From NCBI GenBank assembly GCA_964016885.1, contig OZ024742.1, positions 270,692,001 to 270,756,000 of the forward strand: 64,000 nucleotides of DNA, in the 5' to 3' direction. The position numbers and the translations under genes were made by a program. Under the pieces are notes generated by a model. That model had not been told where the DNA came from and made no database searches. It saw only the letters and a list, made by a program, of their open reading frames with translations. The stretch is from Eledone cirrhosa (taxonomy: Eukaryota). The stretch's first letter is position 1, and each line of letters starts with the position of its first letter. This document shows positions 1 through 12,935 of this stretch, piece after piece.

Positions 1-139
1 ATGAAATCGTGTGTCGAAACAAATATTTTTATACTTGGGGAGGGTCATATTTGTGTAATATTGCCAGAATTAATAACAGAACACACTCACTGTTTGGTTG
101 GTTTTCGCTTATATATATATATTTATATATCGTTATCAT

Positions 140-346
140 CGGGATGTGAGAAAAACCAGACCCTCCATCTCAACTCTACTTTTGAAAAGCAGTAGAACTG
201 CTAAACCGGTAAAGGAACCAAATAAATATATATATATTGTTTTAAAAATAAGACTCCAGTTGCATTTTCGATTTCATCTTTTTTTTATTTATACTTTCAA
301 TCGTGTAGGACACCTCGGTTATTTTTCATTTTGTAAAAAAACACAC

Positions 347-352
<6 letters not shown>
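140..352 (+). mobile_element. PLE pLTR fragment with a U3-A8 hammerhead motif (178-215, G12 mutated)
   Basis: ctt-TTGAAAA-gcagt aga actgc-TAAACCGGTA-aagg. Near-identical to 14030-14312. Ends at (TA)n. Confidence 0.7.
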
Positions 353-406
<54 letters not shown>

Positions 407-436
407 GTATATATATATATATATATATATATATAC

Positions 437-528
<92 letters not shown>

Positions 529-529
529 G

Positions 530-578
<49 letters not shown>

Positions 579-610
579 GTATGTATGTATGTATATATAT
601 ATATATATAT
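352..610. repeat. (TA)n microsatellite, representative of dozens in the window
   Basis: Seen directly. Other large arrays include 34630-34990, 35190-35563, 54315-54475 and 63345-63760. Confidence 0.98.
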
Positions 611-689
611 TGGTAAACGGAATAGAAAATGCTGACAAATTGTTCACAGTTGAAAAATGGTTTAATTAGGAATAAAAGAGTATTAGTGA

Positions 690-2966
690 TTGTATGGGTT
701 AGTAAGATTGATAAAAATTATCAATCTTACTAGTGCAGAACCAACACCCAACCTTATCAACTTACTCTCCAAAGGTCTTAAATTCACACCGACCCCACTA
801 CGTCCTAACTACTATGAAATGAAGGAAGACATCACAGACTTCTGTAGAAAGTTACGACTTAGTGAACAACTATTCGACCAGTACAATGAGGATGAATCAT
901 TAGCCAGAAATAGAAGCAATTACACCCCTTCAAAAGGTAGAAATAAAATCCTGGACGAATTCTGTGAACACATCACAAACTTCCCTTACCAACACTTGCA
1001 CAGACAAAAACACAAGCCAAACCTCAACAAGAAAGAATGGGAAGAATTAAATAGATTAAAAACCGACAGAACCATTACAATTAAAGAGGCTGATAAAGGG
1101 AGTACAGTAGTCCTAATGGAGACAGAATTCTATATCAACTTAGCGCTCTCCACTTTGGAAAACGAAACATACTACGAAAAGGCTGAACACTACAATCAAC
1201 AGAAAATTATGAGAAACCTAAAAACTCTAATCAACCAATACAAAGAAGGACTCACTAACAAGGAATTCAGCTTCATCACAGACTTCACAAGTAAATCCAG
1301 CCTTTTCTACGGTATCCCTAAAGTACATAAAAGCGAATCAATCAGTAAGGCATGCAAGGAAGCCACAGACATAGTCATCAATGTCCCCTCACCCAATGAT
1401 CTCAAATTAAGACCTATAATAGCAGGCCCCGCTTGCGAAACGCACCGTCTTAGCAACTTCATTGATACCCTTCTCAAACCTTTCCTCAAGCACATCAAAA
1501 GCTATATAAGGGACGACCTAGATATGCTCAATCACCTCCCTAATATGCCACTTTCTGAACAAACCCTACTAGTGACGTTCGATGTAGTCAACCTATACTC
1601 CAACATCCCCCACAACCTAGGAATAGAAGCTATCCAATTCTGGCTGGATAACTTCCACAATGAACTCCCACAACGCATCAAAAAAGAATTCGTGATAGAG
1701 GGACTCAAATTTATCTTGGAGAACAATTACTTCGTTTTCAATAACAAACCCTACAGGCAGAAATCTGGGACCGCTATGGGAACGAAAACAGCCCCTACGT
1801 ATGCCAACCTAGTCATGGGATACCTGGAAATCACCCTCTACACTAAAGTCCTAAACAAATTTGGAAACACCCTCCACTTACACATTGAAAGGAACTGGAA
1901 GCGATATCTTGATGACTGCTTCATCCTTTGGCACGAAAACATCGAAAAACTTAAAGAATTTCACACCCTTATAAATGGGCTCAACACAAATATTAACTTC
2001 ACAATGGAATACAGCCATCAACAACTCCCCTTCCTCGACATCCTCATTAAGATCCATAACAAAAAAATAGAAACAGACATATACTACAAGCCCACAGACT
2101 CCAAGCAATACCTCCCCTTCAACTCTTGCCACCCTAGACACGTTAAAATTAATATTCCCTACAACTTAGCCAAGAGAATCTGTACTATAGTCTCCAATAA
2201 AAACATCTGCTACTTACGGCTACAAGAACTAAAGGACACACTCATAGGCAGGGACTACCCTGCATCACTAATTGACAATGGAATCCAACGTGCCCTAAAA
2301 CTCAGTACCCAGGACCTTAGACACCCTAAAGTAAATCAACCAAAACTAAAAGCTCTTCCATACATCTCCACACACAACCCCCTCAACAACGAGGCCTTTG
2401 ACACCATCCTCCAGAACATCCCTGTATTGAAAAAGGACCATAGAATGAACCAAATTCTACGAACACACGATATCATAAAAAGCAAAAGACAATCCAAGTC
2501 AATGAAAAACATCTTAACACATGCCAAAGTACTGCCAACCACAACAACGAAACCCACAGTAAAAAAATGCGATAGACCCAACTGTGGCATTTGCATCAAC
2601 CTAATAGAGGGTTCGGAATTCTATTTCAAAGATGGACAACGTTTTATAGTAAAACACAATTTCACATGTGCATCGGAAAATTTAATATATGTATTAACTT
2701 GTTCAGGTTGTCGAGAACAATACATAGGCCAGACCAAAAACAGCCTCCGCCAACGCATGACTGTCCATAGATCCCAAATTAAAATACGGGAATACAGGAA
2801 AATACCACTGAGTGAACACATTGATACCTGCGCCGCCCAAAATCATCCCAACTTCAGAATCTTTCCCCTCTACAAATTTAAAGATAATGCCACCCACACC
2901 CAGCGCATCAGCAAGGAATCTTACTTCATTAACAAATACGGACCCCGTCTAAACACTTCTCCCTAA
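690..2966 (+). CDS. PLE polyprotein: reverse transcriptase + Cys linker + GIY-YIG endonuclease (758 aa open frame, N-terminus truncated)
   Basis: N-terminal [19 protein letters not shown] motifs [52 protein letters not shown]. Linker [11 protein letters not shown] is the Neptune-type CxxxxCxxC. Endonuclease [28 protein letters not shown]. The first ~5 codons come from the inverted arm. Confidence 0.95.
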   Translation: MYGLVRLIKIINLTSAEPTPNLINLLSKGLKFTPTPLRPNYYEMKEDITDFCRKLRLSEQLFDQYNEDESLARNRSNYTPSKGRNKILDEFCEHITNFPYQHLHRQKHKPNLNKKEWEELNRLKTDRTITIKEADKGSTVVLMETEFYINLALSTLENETYYEKAEHYNQQKIMRNLKTLINQYKEGLTNKEFSFITDFTSKSSLFYGIPKVHKSESISKACKEATDIVINVPSPNDLKLRPIIAGPACETHRLSNFIDTLLKPFLKHIKSYIRDDLDMLNHLPNMPLSEQTLLVTFDVVNLYSNIPHNLGIEAIQFWLDNFHNELPQRIKKEFVIEGLKFILENNYFVFNNKPYRQKSGTAMGTKTAPTYANLVMGYLEITLYTKVLNKFGNTLHLHIERNWKRYLDDCFILWHENIEKLKEFHTLINGLNTNINFTMEYSHQQLPFLDILIKIHNKKIETDIYYKPTDSKQYLPFNSCHPRHVKINIPYNLAKRICTIVSNKNICYLRLQELKDTLIGRDYPASLIDNGIQRALKLSTQDLRHPKVNQPKLKALPYISTHNPLNNEAFDTILQNIPVLKKDHRMNQILRTHDIIKSKRQSKSMKNILTHAKVLPTTTTKPTVKKCDRPNCGICINLIEGSEFYFKDGQRFIVKHNFTCASENLIYVLTCSGCREQYIGQTKNSLRQRMTVHRSQIKIREYRKIPLSEHIDTCAAQNHPNFRIFPLYKFKDNATHTQRISKESYFINKYGPRLNTSP

Positions 2967-3144
2967 GACGAACCCACAACATACACACGTCAACATACAT
3001 GCCTACATCAGCACACATCTCTACCCACATATAAACACAATGACACACGTAAACACACATGCTCTATGGTGCAATACAAAAAAATATATGTGCATATATA
3101 TGTATGTATGTATGTATATATGTATATATATGTATGTAGTGAAA

Positions 3145-3184
<40 letters not shown>

Positions 3185-3501
3185 ATATATATGTGTATAT
3201 AGTGAATATCATTTCACACCTTTTATTGTTAAGATTGTTGATGTTCTATTAAGAGAACCGATTTTACTGAAAAAATCGAATAATGTACACCATTTTACCA
3301 GGGGGGGAAAAAAATACTGGTCCACCCACACACGCACGCACACACACACACACACACATATATACACAGACACATACGCACGCGTACATCAACATACAAA
3401 GAGACTTATACACACACACACACGCACACACGCACTTCTCCGTATAAGACAAAAGCTGAAAAATATCTTTTGACCTTCGAATGACTCTGCTGTGTGTGTG
3501 T

Positions 3502-3535
<34 letters not shown>

Positions 3536-3604
3536 ATCTTAATAGCCATTTGACACACATCGCTGGTGGCTATTGTCGCAGCATCGAATACCTTACTACT
3601 ACTA

Positions 3605-3690
<86 letters not shown>

Positions 3691-3715
3691 TTGTTGTGAA
3701 AGAGTCATTTCTCAA

Positions 3716-3948
3716 TCTTGGCGCAAAACCAATTTTTTATCCACATGACCTCTACCGACCAATCAAAATTGTTTTGACCATAATCTTTGCTGGAGCCACT
3801 TTTCTAACATTTTAACATAAAAACAGTCTTGGCGCAAAATCAACTTTTTACATTCACATGACCTCTACCGACCAATCAAAATTGTTTTGACCACAAGCAT
3901 TTTTACAACACAAAAATAACGCTGGAGCCATTTTTTTAACATAAAAAC
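3716..3948 (+). repeat. ~111-bp tandem duplication in the PLE 3' region carrying CCAAT boxes
   Basis: tcttggcgcaaaa...cacatgacctctaccgaccaatcaaaattgttttgacca occurs at 3716-3780 and 3827-3892. Confidence 0.85.
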
Positions 3949-4010
3949 AGGTAGAATTCCCAAAACTAATCAGATCAGAGCAAACAGCACGGACACTCTA
4001 TCTCAAAATT

Positions 4011-4048
4011 ATTTTTGAAAAGCATTTAGAAATGCGCAACCGGTAAAA
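4011..4048 (+). ncRNA. Minimal type I hammerhead-like motif, U3-A8 variant (GCAA in place of GAAA)
   Basis: attt-TTGAAAA-gcattt ag aaatgc-GCAACCGGTA-aaa, with the palindromic ACCGGT helix III. Confidence 0.65.
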
Positions 4049-4205
4049 ACTTAAAAACTTAAAACCACAACTGAATACTAACCCATACAATCACTAATAC
4101 TCTTTTATTCCTAATTAAACCATTTTTCAACTGTGAACAATTTGTCAGCATTTTCTATTCCGTTTACCAATATATAATAACTTGTGTGTTACACCTCTAT
4201 TCTTT

Positions 4206-4245
<40 letters not shown>

Positions 4246-4818
4246 TATGAATGTATGTATATATATGTGTGTGTACGCGTGGGGGTACTTATGTGCATGT
4301 GTATATATTGGGTGTGTGTACGCGTACAAAAGCGAGTGTCTGTACCCAAACTTGTGTGTGTGTAGTTGCGAGTGCCAGTATGCGCATGGACATGTACGAG
4401 CGTGTCCGTCTGTGTGTGCGTGTACGAATACATATATATGTATTTGCCTGTACATACACTCTGATCACTAACCCCTTATAACATGAGTCACGTTAACAAT
4501 CACCGAACCATACCTAACGCCCAACACCAAACACCGCAATCCTCACACAAGTATCATAAATGCACCACCAATACTCCCACAACCCACACAGAGAATAAGT
4601 CCGAAATTACACGCCAAATCCGTCTAGTGACAGTCAAAACGACATACACCACCACCTACTTCAAACGAACCACCAACTAATCACACACCCCACCTACACT
4701 ACAGGCGAAAACATTCCTCAGAATTAATCCACCAATACAAACAAATTTCTCTGACCAGCATATGAACATTAGAATTTCTCGTACGGCATATATAATAATT
4801 TTTTTATTACCACTAAAA

Positions 4819-4905
4819 GGGTCTGACGAACCGCGGTTTACAGAGTCGGGTTAGATCGATACAGATCGAACCTTGAGCTGATCGGTGGCGAAACACGCGT
4901 CACCA
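4819..4905 (+). ncRNA. Type I hammerhead ribozyme, canonical core, 60-nt helix II
   Basis: ggt-CTGACGA-(60 nt)-GAAAC acgc GTC-acc. Homologous to 46541-46629. Confidence 0.8.
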
Positions 4906-5079
4906 ACCAATAAACGTAATGAAGGAGTAGCCACTCGTTCTTGTTTTATTTTATTATACTACACTTTGTCTATCTCTACACCTCGATAAAGAAGTGAACC
5001 TTAACATCGGGTACTCACCCGGGTGAACCTACAGTAACTCCACGTTACAATCCCTGAAGATATACAGATATATATATAT

Positions 5080-5960
5080 AAGGACAGAATGGCCCGGCGT
5101 TTCCTCGGACTTCTAAACATAGATTGGCATGTGTATCCCTCATTTCTGAAACAGTACAGAGAAGTACGGAATACCTCGGCCTGGGGATGGTGTCTACATT
5201 TTGTGCTTTGGCAAATCATTTTCCATTAAGATTTTTCAAAACCATGTTATTGCGTTCCCTCTCTTTTTTGTTGTTCTTTTTGCTGCTGTTGGTTGTACTA
5301 CTAACACAGTCTCGTCCTCCTTCAGGCAATCGTGTATATCCACTTCTGCCTCGTCTACCTAAACAATGATTGTAGCACATGCTTGTACACAATGTTCCTT
5401 GTTCTTCTGTGTCAAGCATATGCAAAGAGATGTGTCTTGTTTCCCACTGTTGAGCAGCGAACGTATAGTTGCCCTTGTGAAAAACATGACTCTTCCAAAA
5501 GAAGACCAGCAGCAGCTAGAGTCTGACCCTGAGATTTGTTGATAGACATTGCAAAGCTGACACAGTTCGGCGAATGGTTCGTTGGTTGTCTGTTTCAATT
5601 GGTATTCTGGTGGCCGTACGTTCAGCATCTTGCGACCGTCGAATGGCAGATTCCAATGACGATTCGTATACCCGCCTTGTTCTTTTTCCTGCCGCTTTCG
5701 CAGTATTTCGGCCAATGGAGTATTTCTTCCTTAGAAGCATGACCTAAATGCAGGACGAATTACACTACGACTAACTGTTAGAGTAAGGAGTAAACTCGCC
5801 ATTCGATGCATGTGATTTTTGAACCGTTTAATATGTAATTGCTGGCCTTGTGGCAAAAGTAGTCGCACTTCTGGGGTGGCATATCGGCAGTAACAATGAC
5901 GACAAGCCGTCTGTATTTTCATGAAATATAAACGTTTGTTTATATTTTGTTTTCGTGTAT
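5080..5960 (-). mobile_element. Helitron relic: C-terminus of the PIF1-like helicase plus 3' hairpin region
   Basis: Minus strand ~5370-5570 reads SFAMSINKSQGQTL.AAGLLLEESCFSQGQLYVRCSTVG...RNIVYKHVL, matching Helitron FAMTINKSQGQ/CFSHGQLYVA. A 3'-type ccgaggaaacgccggg lies near 5090-5108. The upper boundary is approximate. Confidence 0.85.
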
Positions 5961-5988
5961 GCAAAAGTATCTGTTCACGAATGTATAA

Positions 5989-6021
<33 letters not shown>

Positions 6022-6027
<6 letters not shown>

Positions 6028-9000
6028 GATAACAAAATATCGTTATAGGTAATCCAATTAGAGGTTGTCAATACTTCTTATTATGGATAGTTTTAGCGTA
6101 CGGCGTTGTGTGACTCAACAAGAGGTCTACGTAGATGACGAGTTTATAATTTCACTTGTATTCCTATGTAAGTTTATCTTGGAGTAATAACATTGAAAAA
6201 GTGGAGAATAACATGTCACCAGTACAAAAAAGGGGATCTATTTGCAGTCCAAAAATTGTTTCACTGATAGAGTTGTCTAAAATTTGCTGAACACTAAAAA
6301 CAGTACCACTCAATTTTAAATACGATGTTAATTCTACTAGATCATCAGAAACTGTTAAAAAATATATATGTAACCGGCAAATTTACAAATTCAAATTACA
6401 TCATCAATAATAATATTAATAATAAAGATATAGAGAGAAAAGGAGGAAGAAAGGGAGATAGATACAGTAAAGAAAGAAAGGAAAGGAGGGGAAAAAAGAA
6501 GAAGGAAAAGGAAAAAGAAAAATAGAAAGAAAAAGAAAAGAAGAAATTATTATAGATAGAAATATAAAGAGAGGAAGATATATAGAAGATGGTGGTATAT
6601 AGATGAGAGACAGGCATAAGTAAGAATAATGTAGGATAGAGAGAAGAGAAAAGAATAGAGGGACAAATAGACGAATAAAGTTAATGCATGAATAAATGTA
6701 AATAAAATTAAAAATAGATATATAAAAAATTTATATGAAAAAATGGTGAAAATATGATAATTGTTTCTACTTTAGGCACAAGGTCAGCAATTATCCAGTG
6801 CATTACTGGTACTTTATTTTATCGACCCCGTAAGGATGAAAGGTAAAGTCAACCTCGGTGAAAATATGATAATGTTAAATATATTTATGTGTGTATTGGT
6901 TGTTTTAATAAATAAATTAATTAGTTAGTTTTAAGTTATATTATATGATAAATAAAATGACAGAGATGAAATAAATTTAGGGAGAGTAATATTAAGAGAG
7001 AAAAATAGAGATATATAAAATAAGAATGAAAATATAAGAGCTGTTGATGTTGTTCTTTAATAGATGATGACAATTATAATTATAACTATAATCATAATGA
7101 TGATGATCTTGATAATGTGATATTATAATAGATCCAAGTGGTATAATCTTCGTTATGGAATAGATAAGATGGAATTAAGCTGGTATAAAGTTCTCAAATT
7201 TAGTCGCTGATTCATGTCGACAAAAAAATGTTTTCTTCAATTTTACTGTTAAGAATATTTTTTTGTAATTTAAAATTTTAAAAAGTTCCATATTACTGAG
7301 ACTACAGTGGGACATACCAATTTGATAGGCCTATGCTTTAGATAGGTTAGTCCAGCTGATTTTATAATCCATGTTTGCATCTTTAAGATGCCATATTTTA
7401 TTGGCGAGAGTCGTTGTCTTTAAGAGATTCCTGTTAGTCATAGAGTATCTATGTACGTACCACCTTTTCTTAAACTCCCCAGCTGTGGAACCAATGTAAT
7501 GCCATGCTAGCGCTACCTGAATTTATAGTACTGTATGTGTCTCTAGGCATCTGCTTTGTAAAGGGCATTTGTCAGGTAGATGGCAGTTACAATTAGATGC
7601 TTTTCTATGCGCCGGTTTTTCTATATGGTTTTGTAGGTTACTATGTATGGGCTGAGAATTGGGTTCGTTGATGTATTGTGGTGATATGCTGTGACATGTG
7701 TTTGGTTGTGATGTTATATGCTTATGTTTTGTATTAGGTGTTATGTTACTTATTTGCGGGCCACTTGTATTATAAATTATTTTATAGTTAATTTTATGTA
7801 TGTGCGACTCTATGTTGTTGGCAGTGGAGTATGATAGTTTGATAGTTTTTCTATTAAATATTTTATAATATTTATGAATTTTAGGAAAATGTGTGTCAAC
7901 TAATTTGAAGAAAGTGTAAGGTAGCTTAGTTTTTATAGAGGAGTTAAACATTGGATTGAACCATAAGTAGTTTCTATTTTTGCATCTTCTATAATTATTA
8001 GTGGTCTTTGTATTAGTATTCTGTTCATTTAATTTACGTGCTTGTTACCAATTTGTATGTTTAGTCCTAGGTTTGTTGTTTATAATTGTGGATGGTGCTA
8101 TTAATATTAAGCGTGTTGTTATTTTTTGTATCTGGTATGTATTTGTGTCTCTCAATATGGCCTGCATTAAGTAAAGCTATGTTGTAGTAGTTAGCGTGTT
8201 CAATAAACATTTCTATGTTAGAAGATAGGCGCGATATTCTAAGGGATATACTATGTGCTATTGAGTTAATTATGGATCGAGGGTGATTAGAGTTATAATC
8301 AATGTAAGCTAAATTTTCATTATTTTTATGGAGGGGTTCTATTAGTCCTGAGTTAAGGTTGAGCGATACATCTAAGAAATTAGCTTTTTTAGAGTTGGGT
8401 TCAAAAGTAGTGTTAAGGCCTAACTTATTAAAGAATGTTGTAATCTTTTTCCTTAATCTTTCTAAGTTTTGATTATTTAAGCTTTTAGCTGAAAGTAGTG
8501 TATCATCTCTATAGATTGCTCCTTGTAGGTTATCAAATTCTTTATGTAAGAAATATGCTATATAGATTCCAACAATGTCTGTGATTTGGGCTGAATCATT
8601 TGATCTTATAGTTATATCGAAGTTATTCTGTTATTTTTTGGCTCCCAGTAACTATTGTTGAATTTAATGATTGTTCTTCTAGCAGCTAGTATTATTTTAA
8701 TTTCGTCTGGTGAAAGGTTAAAGCGTTTTGGTGCAAAGGGTAGTTCCTTATTTAGGGTAACTGGAGAAATAGAAGAGTAATAGTCATTTATGTCAAGTTG
8801 TATAAAGTCGGAAGATTCTCTTTTGTCTAATTTATTAAACCAATCTATTGCTTCAGTTGTGTTACCCCAGAGCTTGATTATTAGTTGTTCTTTAATTTGT
8901 GCTATTATTCTATCCAGTATAAACTTGCTAATTCTGCCTATATCTGATTTTGAGGGACATATTAATTTAATAGTAGGGTTAGTTTCGAAGTTACATTTAT

Positions 9001-9142
9001 GATCTTCAGATTAATAGTGGGTGTACAAGGGTTAGAGGTTCTATTCTATCGGATATTTTAAGGGTTTTTACTATGTTAAGACATTCGTTGTAAATGCTAA
9101 TCCTTTGTACTGTTGACCATGTTATTCTCCACTTTTTCAATG

Positions 9143-9146
<4 letters not shown>
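6022..9146 (-). mobile_element. Decayed Naiad-like PLE with an inverted terminal segment
   Basis: Minus-strand motifs IQLDINDYYSSI, NFDITIRSNDSAQITDIVG, GAIYRDD, CNCHLPDKCPLQSRC, YIGST and CRH across ~7175-9100, with stops and frameshifts. 9104-9146 is inverted relative to 6188-6228. Confidence 0.88.
6745..6873 (-). mobile_element. 5'-truncated tRNA-derived SINE (Meta-domain/Octopus OR-like) with a 17-bp target-site duplication
   Basis: Core cctttcatcc..ggggtcgataaaataaagtaccag on the minus strand. GGTGAAAATATGATAAT occurs at 6745-6761 and 6857-6873. Confidence 0.8.
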
Positions 9147-9184
<38 letters not shown>

Positions 9185-9324
9185 TTAATTATACTATTTA
9201 TGGTTATGTAAATACAAAAACCTTATGCAGTTATATGTATTTTTTATACAAACCCTAAATAGTGGTAGGCAGTAATGTATTACTACCTTATTACCAGTAA
9301 GTTAAGTAGCTCAATGTAAAAACA

Positions 9325-10780
9325 GCACTACTAGATAAAAACTTCCCTCTAGGACACAAGTACCACAACCTTTTAAACAAAAACACTATTAAAATCTTAT
9401 ACTCTACGAGGCCTAACTTAGCATACCACATAGCTAGCAGCAATAAAAGTAAAATTAATTCTTACTTCCAACAAACAAAATCACAACAGGATGCAAACCT
9501 TCTAAATACCTCTGTAGCAAGCAACCATAGTAACAGCAGTAACAATAGAAATAACACTAGTATAAGAAATAACACCGGGGTTGACAACCCGAACGTCCAA
9601 AATCCTATAGCTACCACCCAGACTTCTGCACTGCATTATAACCAGCAGACTAACACACGGGATAATTGTAACTGTAGAGCTAATAGAACCTGCCCTTTAG
9701 ATAAAAAATGCCTCACCAAGGATATCATATACTCATGCACCGTCACAACTAGCAACTCTTCAGAAACCTATGTAGGCTCCACTTCTAACTGCTTCAAAAT
9801 CAGATATAATTCGCACATCCACTCGTTCAAAAAGCGCAGCCTAGCCAACTCCACCTCACTTTATAGCTACATACACTATCTAAAAACTAAAAATAAACCA
9901 TACACACTCAAATGGGAAGTGATAGGCAGCGCGACCTCGTACAAACCACCTAATCAATTTTGTAACCTCTGTATACTAGAGACCCACAATATTATCTTCT
10001 CCAACCGTAAACTACTTAACAAAAAATCTGAGGTGTTTGCAACTTGCCAGCACCGCTTCAGACATTCCTTCCAAAACTTTAAGCCCAATATATAGCAATG
10101 TCGGACTTGAACCAAACACCACATCTAGCATCAAACACCAGGGGCACACCTTATACCACATACCCAACACTAACTGATCTAATATAACACAAACAGCGAC
10201 ATCCCTCTGGAACCCTTCGCTGGGAGAATACCCATTTATACCTCTACGTCAGGTGTGACAACATCCACCCACTTGAACTGCACTACACCGCTCTATAGGT
10301 AATTTGAGCATGAATTGATTGGTTTGGTAGTGTTGTGCGGAGGAAGTGCCTTCCTTAGACAGATGAAAAACGATTTAATCTAGTAACGCTGTTGAGCAGT
10401 AGGACCAGGACGCTGAGCGCAGAGAATGAATGTGTTGCAACTGGCGTGCGGGTTGTACATATATGGATGATTTGGCGGTCAGATAGGGGTCGTGAGGACT
10501 GCGGATTGACCTCTGGCCGGACCTGGTGATGATTATCTTTCGACATCCAATATAGCAAGCGATGACCCAGAACTTACCAGAGATCATTGTGTCTTGAAGT
10601 GATTCTGCAATCACCGCGCCTGGTCCTATGAGTAGACTACAACCACAGAGATCATTAATTTAGAATCCTCGCTCATCGTCTATAATATTCATTTGTGGCA
10701 CCCTACGATGGGGGTTAATTCACCATAATAATACGAACACCTTCAGCACAACTTAATTAAACTACTCTATAGTTAAAACA
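9325..10780 (+). mobile_element. Naiad-like PLE 3' portion (linker + GIY-YIG + 3' region)
   Basis: HKYHNLLNKNTIKILYST, CNCRANRTCPLDKKC, IIYSCTV..TYVGST..FKIRYNSH, FCNLCILE, LLNKKSEVFATCQH, stop near 10094. The right boundary is approximate. Confidence 0.88.
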
Positions 10781-11525
10781 CTTTATGCTTTAGAAATTTT
10801 TTGGAAGTTGCGCATAACCATAGAAATTAGGGTCTATATTGATACACATTTCAATAGCTAGGTATAGAAACCCCGGAGTTACCTCCCCTCATGCATTAAC
10901 TCCCCTTAGCCACACACACACTTCCGGGTGGTATTCAATGTCGTTTCTCGAAACGTAACAGCCTCCTGTAAAGAACATCAGACTACGATTCTCTAACTGG
11001 ATTGTCAAACGCTCAATATCGAATTGTCGTGGATTATGTGAGGGGCATATAATCGAAAAATACACTCCCCTGACCATGAAAATGTCGAAGTACATGAAGT
11101 ACTTGTCATCCCTTCGCTGTGCATCTCCAATACTTTTAATATTTTTAATGCTTGCACTATTTTTAATGCTTATATCATTTCTCCACACAACGACTATATC
11201 AATCATATAAAGAATTTGCCACCAGATCAACCAACCTAACACTCTTGTTTACCTACATAAGTGCCTCTACTACACGTATCTCTCTGCCACAAGACGCACG
11301 TGCTTGCCACACATATAACATTTGCACTATATAACCGCTTATCTTCATGTTGTATTTTAACCTGTATTTTTGATTTTTGATTGTACCTTTTAATATGAAT
11401 GTAATCTCGAAGTGTGTACTGCCACTCTAAATTCTGTAACGAATGATGACCCACAAATTTGCATATGTATCGGTATGTCTCTTGGCTGAAAAGGAGGTCA
11501 TATAACTGTCAATTCATTAATAAAT

Positions 11526-11572
11526 TGCTCCGAAGAATCCAAACCTCGGTTTGGAAGAAACAGCTGTAAGCA
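11526..11572 (+). ncRNA. Type I hammerhead, C4 core variant
   Basis: tgct-CCGAAGA-atccaaacc tc ggtttggaa-GAAAC agct GTA-agca. Same family as 21347 and 20710. Confidence 0.78.
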
Positions 11573-11603
11573 CAATAATGTTTAGAACAGTTCTTTGATT
11601 CTT

Positions 11604-11642
<39 letters not shown>

Positions 11643-11649
<7 letters not shown>

Positions 11650-11768
11650 TAACAGATTAAAGTTTAATCAAAGAATCGCGGTTTACACCATTAACGGGAT
11701 CTTCTGAAACTAAAAAATTCAATCTGTGAACGCAGAAGTAAATATTTCGATAAATGTTGCAACCGAAG
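11643..11768 (-). repeat. Dispersed repeat (probable PLE pLTR); copies at 25957-26136 and 62905-63101
   Basis: The copies share attaaaataacagattaaagtttaa..aagaatcgc..accattaacggga. Confidence 0.75.
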
Positions 11769-12157
11769 GAAAATAGGAAGGCAATACCTTGGTTCGTGCA
11801 GACGTTTTCTGGCAATGCACGGAAAATACAGAAGATAATACGTGCGCAATGAGAACATCTTATTGTCATAAGGCCGTAATGCAGACATCCAGAGATACAG
11901 ACACATATTATAAGGCCACCACGTTATAGCTATGTATCTATCTAAAAAGACAGACTAAGAAAGAGAGAGAGATGGATAAACGGCGCATAACACCCATTGA
12001 ACAACAGAAAATTGAAAAATAAAAGCCGCAGTTAATTTTCTTAGACCACAAGGAATATATAAATGCAAGTGTGAAGTCAATCGGAGAAGAAATGTGGATT
12101 TGTATAGACTTTGCAAAAATTAGGACACACAAACAGACAATTTCAGTTTTATATATA

Positions 12158-12263
12158 TATATGAATGACGTAAAATAAGAAAATTATAAAAATTAACTTA
12201 CTAAGTAAGTACTTAGTAAGTAAGTTAATTTTTATATTTTTCTTATTTTACGTCATTCATATA
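12158..12263. repeat. ~105-bp fold-back palindrome adjacent to (TA)n
   Basis: atgaatgacgtaaaataaga..aattaacttac pairs with gtaagttaatt..tcttattttacgtcattcat. Confidence 0.9.
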
Positions 12264-12368
12264 ATTGTTCTGCAACCCCTTGCATTGAACCACAAAGTTA
12301 CTAAGACAAAAACTATATATTTGCTAACATAGGTATGCATCTGTATATATATGTTGGTAGATATACTA

Positions 12369-12412
<44 letters not shown>

Positions 12413-12754
12413 GTTTACGAATTAGTCGAGGGGAATCGGTAGAGCTTCGGCCAAATCTAATTCACGCGTGACATAATCAGGTATGTATAATTAGGAATAT
12501 CAACACTTTACTCAAAGTGCATTCATACGTTAATCAGTATAATAAACGTCTTCGCGTATAAAATGAAATAAATATATCAAATATACCCAAACCAATGCAT
12601 CGGTTTCTTTACTTCAGTCTGTCTACAATAGATCCAACTAGAACCATAATTCATAGCAGTTAGTTAATATTAGCAGACACTATCTAATTTCATTTCAAAT
12701 TGTATTTCTTCCAAATAGTTCTAAAGTTAATTTATTCATATATGTATATAATAG

Positions 12755-12935
12755 TAATAATTGTTTCTACGTTTGGCACAAGGCCAGCAATTATCCCAGT
12801 GCATCACTAGTGCTTTATTTTATCGAACCCGTCAGGATGGACGGGGGGATTTGAACTCAGACCCTATAAGGTTCTGAGTTCAAATCATAACTCTATGCTG
12901 CAAAGCATGGCGTTCGACACTAACAATAATGCCAA
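12755..12935 (-). mobile_element. tRNA-derived SINE (same family as 26172 and 59425)
   Basis: Has the B-box gagttcaaatcc, the core and the tail ttgctggccttgtgccaaacgtagaaacaatta. Confidence 0.8.

Larger units (their letters stand above)
606..4210 (+). mobile_element. Penelope-like retroelement (Neptune-like), 5'-truncated, with an inverted pLTR segment, inserted in (TA)n
   Basis: Contains the RT+GIY-YIG ORF. 606-704 is the reverse complement of 4076-4174. HHR-like motif at 4011-4048. (TA)n lies on both sides. Confidence 0.92.

Noticed and set aside
98-647. ORFs rich in YI, HT, CV or SL dipeptide runs here and throughout the track
   Set aside because: They are translations of (TA)n, (CA)n and (GA)n microsatellites, not proteins.
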